Below are positions 1-10,630 of a stretch of DNA of 64,000 nucleotides, in pieces. This DNA is from Vulcanimicrobiota bacterium (lineage in GTDB: Bacteria > Vulcanimicrobiota > Vulcanimicrobiia > Vulcanimicrobiales > Vulcanimicrobiaceae), in assembly GCA_963833095.1 (NCBI GenBank), contig CAWHWQ010000001.1:1-64000 (forward strand). Direction: 5' to 3'. A program made the translations under genes and the position numbers. The first letter of the stretch is position 1, and every line of letters starts with the position of its first letter. The notes beneath the pieces were generated by a model. It was given only the letters and a program-made list of their open reading frames with translations, was not told the origin of the DNA and did not search any database.

Positions 1-19
1 GACCGATGCGCGAGGTTCG

Positions 20-631
20 TCACTGCCAGGGAACGGCGCGAAGTTCTTCGACGTAGCGCTCTTGCGAGATCGCTCCCGTTGCTCCGTCGATCGTAAATAT
101 GCCGGCAGGCTGTTCCATAGCGCCACGTACTCCGCAGCATTGATCAGCCATCACCGCCCGATTGCCGGCAGTCCCCAGAAACATCACTTCCTGACGCTGC
201 GGCATGATCGCGTGCACATCGGATTCGGCCGTGACTCGCCCCTTATGCAGATCGATACGCGCGATTCGTCCGCCGCTACAACCTGCGATGACGCCGTCGC
301 CAGATACTCTAAGCGCAGTCGCATACGACGTTGCCGGACAAACGCTAGCCGACCATCGAACGTCCCCACTTCGTGCCTCTACGAGTTCGACACGTCCGCC
401 AGGCTGCCCGAGCGCAACGTCGTCGCCGATCGGAAGTATCGCGAACGATTCAACCGTACGCCAACGCTCCGTTCCGGTCTGCTCGTTGAGCGCAACGGTC
501 GTACCGCCGCCGGCCACCACGACGTTATCCGCAACGGCCACGCCGGTAATAGCCGACGCATCGCTCGGTAACGTAGCGCTCCATCCGGGCCACGCGATTG
601 CAACAAGCAGCGAACACAGTGCGCGGATCAT
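20..631 (-). CDS. Secreted PQQ-like beta-propeller repeat protein (possibly partial)
   Basis: Signal-peptide-like N-terminus MIRALCSLLVAIAWPGWSA; repeats ALNEQTGTERW / VEARSGDVRW typical of PQQ/BamB blades. Start moved to ATG 631. Confidence 0.6.
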   Translation of the reverse strand: MIRALCSLLVAIAWPGWSATLPSDASAITGVAVADNVVVAGGGTTVALNEQTGTERWRTVESFAILPIGDDVALGQPGGRVELVEARSGDVRWSASVCPATSYATALRVSGDGVIAGCSGGRIARIDLHKGRVTAESDVHAIMPQRQEVMFLGTAGNRAVMADQCCGVRGAMEQPAGIFTIDGATGAISQERYVEELRAVPWQ

Positions 632-654
632 ATTCTTTGCCGATTCTGCGGGGA

Positions 655-1827
655 CTATCCGCGTAAATAGAGCGCCTTGAGATATTCCGTCTCCGGCATA
701 GCCGGGTGAACTGGGTGATCGGGTGCGTGGCCGTGGCGTTCCAGAATCTGCATGCGCCGCCCCACCGTTCGTGCTCCATCGAACGCGGCGCGTTGGAGAC
801 GCTCGCTTGAAAGATGGTACGAGCACGACGACGTGACCAAGAAGCCGTCTTCGCGCAACAGTCGAAATGCGGCTTCGTGCAGCCGCTCGTAGAGGCGCTC
901 GCCGGCAGTAGCGTCCTTACGCCGTTTAATGAGCGCCGGCGGATCCAGGATCACCACCTCAAAGCGGCGGCGCTCCTCGTGCAGCCCGCGCATGACGTCC
1001 ATCGCGTCGCCGACGAGGCAGTCGATCTCCTTACCGACCGCCTTCGCATTTTCTTCTGCATAGTCGAGCGCCAATTGTGACGTGTCGATGCTGGTCACGC
1101 TCGCGGCACCAGCGATGAACGCCGACACGCCCCAGCCGCCGACATACGAGAACACGTCAAGCACGTTGTCGCCCGGCTTGACGTAGCGCCGCAGCCGCAG
1201 ACGGTTGTCGCGTTGGTCGTAAAAGTACCCGGTCTTCTGCCCTTCGCGCAGCGGGGCGGCAATTCTCATATCACCCTCGATGACCTCGATTCGCTCCGGT
1301 ACATCACCCAGCGTTTGATCGAGCGCTTCGATTCCTTCGAGAGCGCGCGTCGAGCCGGCATTCCGCAACAACACGCCCGTTGGCGCAATGACCTCCGTCA
1401 GGGCTGCAATGAACGGCTCGCGCAGGGCGACCGCGCCGGCGGTATTGAGCTGCGCGACGCTCACGTCGCCGTAACGATCGACGACGAAACCGGGCAGTCC
1501 ATCCGACTCACCATAGACGAGCCGGTAGAACGGCGCGGCAAAGAGCTCCTGACGGATCGCGAGCGCGCGTTGGATCCGCGAGCGAAACCACGCAACATCG
1601 ATCGTCGCGCGCACATCGCGCGTAAGAATGCGCGCGGCGATCAATGCATTGGGATTCACATAGGCAATACCGACCGGATTGCGAGCAACATCAGCAACAC
1701 GCGCGAGGTCGCCCGGCTTGAAGGCCGCCAGCGGCGTTTGATCGATTGCGACTTCATTGGAAAAGATCCAGTTATGACCAAGGCGGACCCTGCGATCCGC
1801 CTTGGCTTGGAGTCGAAGCTCTTTCAT
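655..1827 (-). CDS. RlmI/RlmK-family SAM-dependent 23S rRNA methyltransferase
   Basis: GHNWIFSNE, YGESDGLPG, GQKTGYFYDQRDNR, DVFSYVGG, LDPP motifs; start at ATG 1827. Confidence 0.88.
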   Translation of the reverse strand: MKELRLQAKADRRVRLGHNWIFSNEVAIDQTPLAAFKPGDLARVADVARNPVGIAYVNPNALIAARILTRDVRATIDVAWFRSRIQRALAIRQELFAAPFYRLVYGESDGLPGFVVDRYGDVSVAQLNTAGAVALREPFIAALTEVIAPTGVLLRNAGSTRALEGIEALDQTLGDVPERIEVIEGDMRIAAPLREGQKTGYFYDQRDNRLRLRRYVKPGDNVLDVFSYVGGWGVSAFIAGAASVTSIDTSQLALDYAEENAKAVGKEIDCLVGDAMDVMRGLHEERRRFEVVILDPPALIKRRKDATAGERLYERLHEAAFRLLREDGFLVTSSCSYHLSSERLQRAAFDGARTVGRRMQILERHGHAPDHPVHPAMPETEYLKALYLRG

Positions 1828-1831
1828 TGAC

Positions 1832-3403
1832 CTATGAGATTTTGCGGGACATGGACTTGGCTTGCATAAAGAGCAACAAATAGTCGCGGCCACCGGCTTT
1901 ACTGTCGGTGCCCGACATGTTGAAGCCGCCGAACGGGTGCACGCCAACGTACGCGCCCGTGCTCTTGCGATTGAAATAGAGATTCCCCACGAAGAAGTCT
2001 TGCTTCGCGCGTTCGATCTTGGCATCGTCGCCGGTATACAGCGAGCCGGTCAATCCGAACTCCGTATTGTTGGCAATCTCCATCGCGTGATCGAAATCGT
2101 TCGCCTTGATGATCGCGAGTACCGGACCGAAGATCTCTTCCTGAGCGATGCGCGCCTGCGGATCGACATCGGCGATAACCGTCGGCTCGAGAAAGTAGCC
2201 CTCGCTCCCGACGCGGTTACCGCCGGCGATGAGCCGGCCTTCCTTTTTTCCGATCTCGATGTACTCAGAAATTGATTTGAGCGCCGCCTCGTTGACGACC
2301 GGTCCCATATAAGCCGACTGCTGCTCCGGATCGCCGACCGTCATTTTCGCGACGCGGTCCTTGAGCTTGCCCACGAACTCATCGTAGATCGAGGCGTCGA
2401 CGATCGCGCGCGAACACGCCGAGCACTTCTGTCCTTGGAAACCGAACGCGGACACGGCGACGCCTTCGACGGCGGCATCGACGTTCGCATCAGCGGCAAC
2501 GACGATCGAGTCTTTGCCGCCCATCTCGGCGACGACGCGCTTGATCCACTTCTGCCCTGGCTGCGGCTTGGCCGCAAGCTCGTTGATGTGCAGTCCAACC
2601 TCTTTCGATCCGGTGAACGAGATGAAGCGAATCTGCGGATGCCCGACGATCAGATCGCCGATCTCACTGCCCGAACCCGGAACGAAGTTCACCACGCCTT
2701 TGGGCAAGCCGATCTCGTGCAAGAGATCGACGAACCAGGCCGCGATGATCGCCGAATCGCTTGATGGTTTGAGCACGACAGTGTTGCCCGTCACGATCGC
2801 CGCGGAGGTCATGCCCATCATGATCGCGCCGGCAAAGTTCCAGGGTGGAATCACTGCGCCGACGCCGAGCGGAATGTAGACCATCTCGTTTCGCTCGCCC
2901 TCGATCGGCACAACCGGGTGCGGTTCGGCATAACGCAGCGCTTCACGCGCGTAGAATTCTAAAAAGTCGATCGCTTCGGCGATGTCGCCGTCGGCCTCAG
3001 GCCAGCTCTTGCCGACTTCGTAGACCAGCAGCGCATCGTATTCAAAGCGGCGCTCGCGCAACTTCGCGGCAGCTTCAAAAATGAACGCAGCGCGCTCCTG
3101 CGCGCTCTTGCGCTTCCACGTTTCGAAGGCACGCGTTGCGGCCGCCACCGCGGCACTCGCTTGCTCTTTGGACGCCGAACTTGTCAGACCGACGATCTCC
3201 GCGGGCCGGGATGGATTAAGCGAGCGGATCTGCTTTGTGGTGTCGATCCGTTCCCCGTCGATCACCAGGGGATAGTGCCGGCCCAAGCGCGCCTTGACGC
3301 TTGCCAGCGCAGCCTTCATCGCGGCCGCATCGGCCGGGTCGGTAAACGACTTGACGACTTCATTCTTAAAGGGTGGAATCGTACGCGTAAGTGTGCTGGT
3401 CAT
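1832..3403 (-). CDS. pruA: L-glutamate gamma-semialdehyde (P5C) dehydrogenase
   Basis: ALDH motifs PWNF, FTGS, AEMGGK, GQKCSACS, EEIFGP; C-terminal HPFGGFNMSGTDSKAGG of RocA/PruA. Confidence 0.92.
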   Translation of the reverse strand: MTSTLTRTIPPFKNEVVKSFTDPADAAAMKAALASVKARLGRHYPLVIDGERIDTTKQIRSLNPSRPAEIVGLTSSASKEQASAAVAAATRAFETWKRKSAQERAAFIFEAAAKLRERRFEYDALLVYEVGKSWPEADGDIAEAIDFLEFYAREALRYAEPHPVVPIEGERNEMVYIPLGVGAVIPPWNFAGAIMMGMTSAAIVTGNTVVLKPSSDSAIIAAWFVDLLHEIGLPKGVVNFVPGSGSEIGDLIVGHPQIRFISFTGSKEVGLHINELAAKPQPGQKWIKRVVAEMGGKDSIVVAADANVDAAVEGVAVSAFGFQGQKCSACSRAIVDASIYDEFVGKLKDRVAKMTVGDPEQQSAYMGPVVNEAALKSISEYIEIGKKEGRLIAGGNRVGSEGYFLEPTVIADVDPQARIAQEEIFGPVLAIIKANDFDHAMEIANNTEFGLTGSLYTGDDAKIERAKQDFFVGNLYFNRKSTGAYVGVHPFGGFNMSGTDSKAGGRDYLLLFMQAKSMSRKIS

Positions 3404-3511
3404 GTCCCGGGATTTCCCCGCCGCCGTCCAGGCCGCCTTGCCACTGGCGTGTCGCGGTACGCGACATTCGTGCTAGCGGGCCCCTCACCAAGGTGCGAGA
3501 ATCGTCGTGAT

Positions 3512-4735
3512 ATGACGTACGACATCGCGATTGTCGGCGGCGGCATCGTCGGCCTCGCCACCGCGCGGGAGCTCCTGCTCCGCCATCCGCACCTCAAGCT
3601 CGTCCTCCTCGAGAAAGAGGAACTGCTCGCCACCCATCAGACGGGACACAACAGCGGCGTTATCCATTCCGGAATTTACTACAAACCCGGTTCCCTCAAA
3701 GCCAAGCTCTGCGTCGAGGGTCGACGCGAGCTATGGAAGTACTGCGACAGTAAGGGTATCGAATACCGCAGCGTCGGCAAGCTGATCGTCGCGACCGAAG
3801 AGCGCGAGCTGCCGTTACTCCAAGATCTTTTCGATCGTGGTGTCCAGAACGGCATTGAAAGCCTCGAAATCGTCGACGCAGACGGCATTCGCCAACGCGA
3901 ACCGCATTGCCGTGGCATCAAAGCGATCTGGATACCGGTTACAGGTATCGTCGACTACGGCCAGGTCGCGCGCTCGTACGGCGACGACGTGCGCGCGCTC
4001 GGCGGCGAGATCTTCACCGGCCGAGAAGTGCGCGGCATCGAGCGCCGCAACGGCGTCGTGCAATTGCAGACGACGCAAGGTGACTACGAAGCGCGCTACG
4101 TGATCACGTGCGGTGGTCTCCAATCCGATCGGTTGGCCAAGATGACCGGCGGCGGCAGCGATCCGAAGATCGTGCCCTTCCGCGGCGATTACTTGATCCT
4201 CAAACCCGACAAACGCTACTTGGTCAAGGGCAACATCTACCCGGTGCCCGATCCAAGCTTCCCGTTCTTGGGCGTACACTTTACGCCGCGCATGAACGGC
4301 GACATCTGGCTTGGGCCGAATGCCGTGCTCGCGTTTGCGCGCGAGGGCTACTCGTTTACCACGATCAATCCGGGCGATCTCATCGAGACGCTCACCTATC
4401 CGGGCTTCATCAAGCTCGCGAGCAAGTATTTCTCCACCGGTATGGGCGAAATGTATCGCGACGTACTGCGTAGCGCCTACGTGAAAGCGCTGCAACGTTA
4501 TATCCCCGAGTTGCAAGTCGCCGATACGCTGCCTGGGCCCTCCGGCGTGCGCGCGCAGGCGATGATGGCCGACGGCACGCAGGTCGACGACTTCGTCTTC
4601 GAAGGTGACTCGGGTACGATGCACGTGCGCAATGCTCCCTCTCCGGCTGCGACGTCGTCGCTGGCCATCGGAACGTTCATCGCTGACGACGCCGACAAGC
4701 GCTTCGGCTTGGGAACGACGGCAGCCGCCGTCTAA
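3512..4735 (+). CDS. lhgO: L-2-hydroxyglutarate oxidase
   Basis: GGGIVG FAD motif, HQTGHNSGVIHSGIYY, YPVPDP, NAPSPAATSSL; start ATG 3512. Confidence 0.9.
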   Translation: MTYDIAIVGGGIVGLATARELLLRHPHLKLVLLEKEELLATHQTGHNSGVIHSGIYYKPGSLKAKLCVEGRRELWKYCDSKGIEYRSVGKLIVATEERELPLLQDLFDRGVQNGIESLEIVDADGIRQREPHCRGIKAIWIPVTGIVDYGQVARSYGDDVRALGGEIFTGREVRGIERRNGVVQLQTTQGDYEARYVITCGGLQSDRLAKMTGGGSDPKIVPFRGDYLILKPDKRYLVKGNIYPVPDPSFPFLGVHFTPRMNGDIWLGPNAVLAFAREGYSFTTINPGDLIETLTYPGFIKLASKYFSTGMGEMYRDVLRSAYVKALQRYIPELQVADTLPGPSGVRAQAMMADGTQVDDFVFEGDSGTMHVRNAPSPAATSSLAIGTFIADDADKRFGLGTTAAAV

Positions 4736-4738
4736 GGA

Positions 4739-5227
4739 GTGAGCGACTTTAACGTCCGGCAAATGGAGCACGGCGACGTCGACGCCGTGCTCTTGCTTTT
4801 TGACTCCGTCGCCGCGGAGCGGCTTTGGATCGGTACCGAACCTGGATACGATCGTGAGAAATATCGCGACATGCTCGGATTCTCACTGAGCAACGGCAAC
4901 GGGATGTTCGTCGCCGAGCGAACCGGGACGGTTGTCGGCGTTGTGACGGAGTACCGCCACGATCCCTACGGGCATACGATTGGAATGTTGGTCGACGAGC
5001 ATCACCGCGGCCAGGGCGTCGGCGCAGCACTGCTCGAGCGGCTCATCACCTGGGCGCGTGAGCGCCTCATCTCGCACCTTTCACTCTTAGTATTTCCCCA
5101 CAACAAACGCGCGCTCGCACTCTACCGCAAGTTCGGCTTCGCGGAAATCGACGCCCAGGCCGCGCAAATCGCGCGCAGGAGTGGTGAAGCCTGGAACGCG
5201 ATCCTGATGCGCAAGCAACTAGACTGA
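4739..5227 (+). CDS. GNAT N-acetyltransferase
   Basis: HRGQGVG acetyl-CoA motif, N.RALALYRKFGF. Confidence 0.85.
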   Translation: MSDFNVRQMEHGDVDAVLLLFDSVAAERLWIGTEPGYDREKYRDMLGFSLSNGNGMFVAERTGTVVGVVTEYRHDPYGHTIGMLVDEHHRGQGVGAALLERLITWARERLISHLSLLVFPHNKRALALYRKFGFAEIDAQAAQIARRSGEAWNAILMRKQLD

Positions 5228-5824
5228 GGACGTCGGAGACGGCGACGGCGACGGGATCATCGTGGGCGGCGCGTCGGCGAGAAACTTCTTAATCCGGTAA
5301 TCGAGCTCGGCACGCCCTATTGAACCGGTGAGATAACAGTAGAGATAGCCTTGGGGCGTGATGAAGAGCGACACGGGAAAGACCGTGCGAATATCCTCGT
5401 GACGACCGATCTGAAGCGCGACGGTGAACCCGCCGCGACGATCCATCGCGATCGGATACGTGATGGCATACTTCTTGCGATAGGCACGGACAACGTTGTC
5501 CTCTTCACGATCGTTGATGCCGATCACTGCGAGCCCTTGCGGCGCGTACTGCGTCGCCAACTCGACGATTGCCGGTTGTTCGTGGTTACACGGACCGCAC
5601 CAGGTTGCGAAGATATTGAGGAGAACGGCCTGTCCGCGGTACGCCAGCAAGTGAAACTCCGGGCCGTCCAGCGTTTGCATTTGCATATCCAACGGATGGT
5701 CGTATGGGAGGGCTGAGCTCGTCTCGCACATATTCCACGGGTTCGAAGTCACCGTTACAACGGGCTGGGACGGTCCGGCCACAAGCACGGTAAGCCCTGT
5801 TTGAACAAACGTCGCGCGATCCAT
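5219..5824 (-). CDS. TlpA-family thiol-disulfide oxidoreductase
   Basis: LNIFATWCGPC active site; start overlaps trpA stop (TAATG). Confidence 0.85.
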   Translation of the reverse strand: MDRATFVQTGLTVLVAGPSQPVVTVTSNPWNMCETSSALPYDHPLDMQMQTLDGPEFHLLAYRGQAVLLNIFATWCGPCNHEQPAIVELATQYAPQGLAVIGINDREEDNVVRAYRKKYAITYPIAMDRRGGFTVALQIGRHEDIRTVFPVSLFITPQGYLYCYLTGSIGRAELDYRIKKFLADAPPTMIPSPSPSPTSSV

Positions 5825-6624
5825 TAGACCCCTGCGTATACCGCCGCGGCGAGCAACGGCTCAACAAACGCGCGTACGCGCTGCGCCGCCTCTTCTCCCC
5901 GCGAACCCGCGTAGGCATCGATCAGCGCGCTTCCGACGATGATACCGTCAGCAAGCGCCGCGACGTCGCGTACGTGATCGGCGTTGCTCACGCCGAATCC
6001 TACCGCGAGCGGCTCTTCGGTGATGCTACGCATCATGGCGATCTGCGCGCGCAAAGCCTGCGTCGAGGGCTGCGTGCCCGCGCCGGTGACACCCAGACGC
6101 GAGACCACGTAAATAAAGCCGGTGCTCTGCGCTGCGATGCGTTTCGCGCGCTCCGGTTTGGTTGACGGAGCAATGAGTAACGGCATGTCCAGCCCACGCG
6201 AGGCCAGCGTTGCCGAGAGAGCCTCTCCCTCCTCGAGCGCGATGTCGGGCACGATGACGGCGCAGGCGCCGGCGTCCGAGGCGGCACCGGCAAAGCGATC
6301 GATGCCAAATTGCAGCACCGGGTTGTAGTAGGTGAAAAGCACGATCGGCGCACCGCCATGGTCGTGATGCTCGCGCACAAGCTCCAGGGTCGACGCAATC
6401 GTCGTCCCAGCGGCTAACGCGCGCTGGCCCGCTGCGGCAATCGTCGGTCCATCTGCAAGCGGGTCACTATACGGAATTCCCAGTTCGATGACGTCGGCAC
6501 CGGCCTGCGTAAGCGCGCGCAAGACTGCAAGCGTCGTTAGCGCATCCGGATCACCCGCCATGACGTAGGGGATAAACGCCGTGCGCTGCGCGTTGCGCGC
6601 CCGTTCGAAAATCGCTTCAAGCAT
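5824..6624 (-). CDS. trpA: Tryptophan synthase alpha chain
   Basis: [33 protein letters not shown]. Confidence 0.96.
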   Translation of the reverse strand: MLEAIFERARNAQRTAFIPYVMAGDPDALTTLAVLRALTQAGADVIELGIPYSDPLADGPTIAAAGQRALAAGTTIASTLELVREHHDHGGAPIVLFTYYNPVLQFGIDRFAGAASDAGACAVIVPDIALEEGEALSATLASRGLDMPLLIAPSTKPERAKRIAAQSTGFIYVVSRLGVTGAGTQPSTQALRAQIAMMRSITEEPLAVGFGVSNADHVRDVAALADGIIVGSALIDAYAGSRGEEAAQRVRAFVEPLLAAAVYAGV

Positions 6625-7795
6625 ACTGCAACGCCCGCACCTGCGCGATATCTTTGTCTCCGCGTCCGGAAAGATTGACGAGGATCAGATCGTTTGGCCC
6701 ACGTTCCGCCGCGAGGTTACGCGCAAACGCAATCGCATGCGCGCTTTCGAGTGCGGGGATGATTCCCTCGGCCCGCGAGAACGCAAAGAACGCCTCGAGT
6801 GCCTCTTCATCGGTAATCGGAACGTACGTCGCGCGCCCACTCTCTTTGAGATGCGCGTGCTCGGGACCGACACCGGGATAATCCAGGCCCGCGCTGATCG
6901 AATGCGTATCTTGCACTTGCCCGTGCTCGTTCTGCAAGAGGTATGAACGCGAGCCGTGCAGCACGCCGACGCTCCCCGCTCCGAGCGACGCCGCCGTCCT
7001 TGCGCTCGTGAGGCCCTCGCCGGCAGCTTCGACTCCCCACAAGCGAACCTGCGTATCATCCAGAAACCCGGAGAAGATGCCCATCGCATTGCTCCCGCCG
7101 CCGACGCACGCGACGACGTCACTCGGCAACCGGCCGAACTGGGCCAGACATTGCGCCCGCGCCTCGATGCCGATTACCTTTTGAAACTCACGCACCATAT
7201 AGGGATATGGATGCGCGCCGACCACGCTGCCGATGACGTAAAACGTGTCTTCGATCTGCGCCGCCCAAACGCGAAACGCTTCGTTGGTGGCGTCTTTGAG
7301 GGTTTGCGTGCCACCGCTGACCGGGTGAACCGTAGCCCCGAGCAGCTTCATGATATAGACGTTGAGGGCCTGACGCTCGACGTCGACCGCGCCCATGTAG
7401 ACATCGACCGGGAACCCGAACTTCGCTCCAACGGTGGCTGTCGCGACACCATGCTGGCCCGCACCGGTCTCGGCAATCAACCGCCGCTTACCCATACGCC
7501 GCGCGAGCAGCGCTTGGCCGACGGTATTGTTGATCTTGTGTGCGCCTGTATGATTGAGATCTTCGCGCTTTAAGGCAAACGTCGCGCCGTCCCCCGCGAT
7601 ATAACGCTCCGCGCGGTAGAGCGGCGAAGGCCGGCCCACGAAATCGCGAAGCACCGCTTCGTACTCATGCCAAAACTGCGGCTCGGCAAATGCTACCGTC
7701 ATCTCGCGCTCGAGCGAGTCGAGCGCATCGATCAACACCTCGGGAACAAACCGTCCGCCGAAGTCCCCGAAATAGCCGCGCGCGCTAGGCTGCAT
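6617..7795 (-). CDS. trpB: Tryptophan synthase beta chain
   Basis: [46 protein letters not shown]; start ATG 7795. Confidence 0.97.
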   Translation of the reverse strand: MQPSARGYFGDFGGRFVPEVLIDALDSLEREMTVAFAEPQFWHEYEAVLRDFVGRPSPLYRAERYIAGDGATFALKREDLNHTGAHKINNTVGQALLARRMGKRRLIAETGAGQHGVATATVGAKFGFPVDVYMGAVDVERQALNVYIMKLLGATVHPVSGGTQTLKDATNEAFRVWAAQIEDTFYVIGSVVGAHPYPYMVREFQKVIGIEARAQCLAQFGRLPSDVVACVGGGSNAMGIFSGFLDDTQVRLWGVEAAGEGLTSARTAASLGAGSVGVLHGSRSYLLQNEHGQVQDTHSISAGLDYPGVGPEHAHLKESGRATYVPITDEEALEAFFAFSRAEGIIPALESAHAIAFARNLAAERGPNDLILVNLSGRGDKDIAQVRALQYA

Positions 7796-8411
7796 CGCTC
7801 TTCCGCACGGCCGCCACGAATCGCTCCATCTTGTCAGCGTCTTTGCGGCCCGATGTTTCGATTCCACTGCGCACGTCGACCCAGGCGGGACGCACCACGC
7901 GTACGCACTCGCCGACGTTCTCCGGCGTAAGTCCACCCGCGACGGCAATCGGGCGCAAGCGTGAAAGCTTCGAAAGCACCGACCAATCGAACGCGACGCC
8001 GGTGCCTCCCCACGTGCCCGTAACCTTGGTATCGAAGAGCGGTAGCGCCGAGTACGCGTCGCAGCGAGCATCTAAATCCTTGGGACGCTCGCCCGGCGCA
8101 ATATGAAAGGTCTTCACGACCGACCCGCCAACCGCGCGCGCAAACTCAGGTGTTTCGTCACCGGAGAGTTGCACAACCAATTCGGGGAAATACCAACGCG
8201 CCCGCTCCACCTCTTCGATATCTGGATTGACAAAGACACCAACCGGCAAAATGCTCGTGCCGATGCGCTGCGCAATTTCGGCCGCGGCGGTCCAATTGAT
8301 GCGCCGTGGCGACGACGCGAAGATCATCCCGGCTGCGTCGGCACCGGCGTCGATCGCAAGCGATACGTCGGCCCAGCTACTGCAGCCGCAGAACTTAATG
8401 CGCGTGGACAT
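7785..8411 (-). CDS. trpF: Phosphoribosylanthranilate isomerase
   Basis: [32 protein letters not shown]. Confidence 0.93.
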   Translation of the reverse strand: MSTRIKFCGCSSWADVSLAIDAGADAAGMIFASSPRRINWTAAAEIAQRIGTSILPVGVFVNPDIEEVERARWYFPELVVQLSGDETPEFARAVGGSVVKTFHIAPGERPKDLDARCDAYSALPLFDTKVTGTWGGTGVAFDWSVLSKLSRLRPIAVAGGLTPENVGECVRVVRPAWVDVRSGIETSGRKDADKMERFVAAVRKSDAA

Positions 8412-9192
8412 GCTTTAGCGACGCGATGAGGCCCGCCGGATCGTCGGAGCGCATGAGCGCCTCGCCAATCAAGACGCCACGCGCGCCGGCCCGGCGCAAC
8501 CGCTCGACGTCGGCAAGATCGCGCATACCGCTTTCGCTAATGGCGAAGACCTCGGGCGGCACACGGGGCAGCACGTGTTCGCTGACCGCAAGATCGGTAA
8601 TCATCGTGCGCAAGTTCCGATTGTTGACGCCGACGAATTCGACCCCGAGCGCAAGCGCGCGCTCTAGGTCGCGCACGTCGTGTACCTCGACAAGAGCGTC
8701 CAGCTCATACTCGCGTGCTTCCGCAAGCGCGGCACGCATCTGCTCGTCGCTCAGCCCTGAGACGATCAGCAGCACAGCATCGGCTCCGTACGCGGCCGAC
8801 TGAGCGATTTGATAGGGAACCGTCAGAAAGTCTTTGCGCAATAGTGGCAGCGAGGTAGCCGCGCGAACCGGTCCGAGAAAGGACAGATCGCCCAGAAAGT
8901 GCTCGCTCTCGGTGAGGACGCTAATCGCGTCGGCGCCGGCGCGCTGATATGTCGTGGCGATCGCTACCGGGTCGAAGTCGCGCGCGATGAGCCCCGCCGA
9001 GGGTGAGGCGCGCTTTATCTCAGCGATAATCGCGTCACCGCTGCGCGCTTGCAGGAGCCGCAAAAAGTGGCGGCGTGACGCGATACTTGCATGAGCACGC
9101 TCGCGGATTTGCTCATAGGACTCGCGTTCCATCTCCACCTTGAGCCGCTCGGCCTTTGCCGCGTAGATCTTCTTTAGGACGTCCTCAGCCAT
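8395..9192 (-). CDS. trpC: Indole-3-glycerol phosphate synthase
   Basis: IAEIKRASPS, LRKDF, GVNNRNL, SESG; start ATG 9192. Confidence 0.95.
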   Translation of the reverse strand: MAEDVLKKIYAAKAERLKVEMERESYEQIRERAHASIASRRHFLRLLQARSGDAIIAEIKRASPSAGLIARDFDPVAIATTYQRAGADAISVLTESEHFLGDLSFLGPVRAATSLPLLRKDFLTVPYQIAQSAAYGADAVLLIVSGLSDEQMRAALAEAREYELDALVEVHDVRDLERALALGVEFVGVNNRNLRTMITDLAVSEHVLPRVPPEVFAISESGMRDLADVERLRRAGARGVLIGEALMRSDDPAGLIASLKHVHAH

Positions 9193-10180
9193 GCGCAGCC
9201 AACTCCTTCGCGCGCTCGTAGGTATGCAATGCCGCGCCGGCACTCAAGATCGAGCGCGCATGCTCGAGCGCAGCCTTCATCGTCGGCTGCGTGCCGACGG
9301 TATGCAGAACCAGTGCCGCGTTCAGCGCCACGACATCTGCACGGGGCGATACTTCGCCGCCCAAGATGGAAAGAAACGCCTCGCGCGCCGCGTCGATCGA
9401 AGGGGCCACGATCGCCGCAAGTGGGGTCGCGATCCCGTAGGCTGCGGGGTCCAAAGCCCAGCGCCGCCCGCCTGCCGGATCGAAGGAGTATACCGTTGTA
9501 GGAACGTCGCCTGCCACTTCATCGATGCCGTTCTCGGCATGGACGACCGCCCCCCTGCGTACGCCCAGATCTTGTAAGACCTGCGCCAGCGGCTCGAGCA
9601 GCTCGACGCGCGCTACACCGACGATCTGCACGCTCGCGGCAGCGGGATTGGTAAGCGGGCCGAGCACGTTGAAGATCGTCCTGACGCCCAGTTCACTGCG
9701 AATGGGACCGACGTTCTTCATCGCGGGATGGTATCGCGGCGCGTACATGAACGTGAAGTTGGTTTCGCGCAGCATGTGCGCCGCGCGGTCGGGGGCTAAA
9801 TCGATCGCTAGCCCCGTAGCCTCGAGCACATCGGCACTGCCGCAGGCGCTCGATGCTGCCCGATTTCCATGTTTGGCAACCGGCACCCCAGCCGCCGCCG
9901 TCACGAGCGCTGCCATCGTCGAGATGTTGATCGTGTTCGCGCCGTCGCCGCCGGTTCCGACGACGTCGACCACCTCGGGCAGACCGTGCTCCACGTGGAG
10001 ACTACGTTCGCGCATCGCCCGCGCCGCACCGACGATCTCGTCAACCGCCTCACCGCGGCACGCCAGCGCGACCAGCAAACCACCGCCCTGGGCCGGCGTA
10101 AACTCGCCGTCCATGATCGCGCCGATCATCTCAGCGCTTTGCGCTTGAGAAAGACGAGCGCCGGCTATGAGCCGGCGCAA
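9185..10180 (-). CDS. trpD: Anthranilate phosphoribosyltransferase
   Basis: DVVGTGGDG..T.NIST, KHGNR..SS..GSAD, RTIFNVLGPLTNP; exact start uncertain. Confidence 0.95.
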   Translation of the reverse strand: MRRLIAGARLSQAQSAEMIGAIMDGEFTPAQGGGLLVALACRGEAVDEIVGAARAMRERSLHVEHGLPEVVDVVGTGGDGANTINISTMAALVTAAAGVPVAKHGNRAASSACGSADVLEATGLAIDLAPDRAAHMLRETNFTFMYAPRYHPAMKNVGPIRSELGVRTIFNVLGPLTNPAAASVQIVGVARVELLEPLAQVLQDLGVRRGAVVHAENGIDEVAGDVPTTVYSFDPAGGRRWALDPAAYGIATPLAAIVAPSIDAAREAFLSILGGEVSPRADVVALNAALVLHTVGTQPTMKAALEHARSILSAGAALHTYERAKELAAHG

Positions 10181-10200
10181 GAGTGGTGCGTATTCCGTAC

Positions 10201-10554
10201 TTACTTCACCAGTTCAAGAAGTGAAAGTTCGGCTGCGTCGCCCGAGCGAACCCGCGTTTTCGTAATTCGCGTGTATCCGCCCGATCGTCCCTTCAGTGAG
10301 GGAGCGATTTGCTCGACGAGCTTCTTCACCACGGCCGGCTCGGTGAGGAATTCGGCCAGCTTGCGGCGGGCGGCGAGATCGCCGGCCATCGCCGTGCTGA
10401 TCAAGTGCTCGACGACTTTGCTGACTTCTTTCGCTTTGGTCGAAGTCGTCTCGATTTTCTCGTGCTTGAAGAACGAGGTCGCCATGTTGCGCAGGAGCGC
10501 CTTGCGGTGCCCGTCCGTTCGGGAGAGCCGTTTGTATGCGATTTGATGCGGCAT
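10201..10554 (-). CDS. rplQ: 50S ribosomal protein L17
   Basis: HRKALLRNMA, IETT..KAKE, RSGGYTRI. Confidence 0.97.
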   Translation of the reverse strand: MPHQIAYKRLSRTDGHRKALLRNMATSFFKHEKIETTSTKAKEVSKVVEHLISTAMAGDLAARRKLAEFLTEPAVVKKLVEQIAPSLKGRSGGYTRITKTRVRSGDAAELSLLELVK

Positions 10555-10589
10555 TATGTTTTCTCACTACGTCCAATTTCGAGAGCGGA

Positions 10590-10630
10590 TCAGCCGAAGG
10601 CCGAACGCCACGGATTCGCCGAAGGCGAAT
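10590..10630. repeat. Two tandem short hairpins with GAA loops in the rpoA-rplQ spacer
   Basis: tcagcc-gaa-ggccga and gattcgcc-gaa-ggcgaatc on the + strand. Confidence 0.5.
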
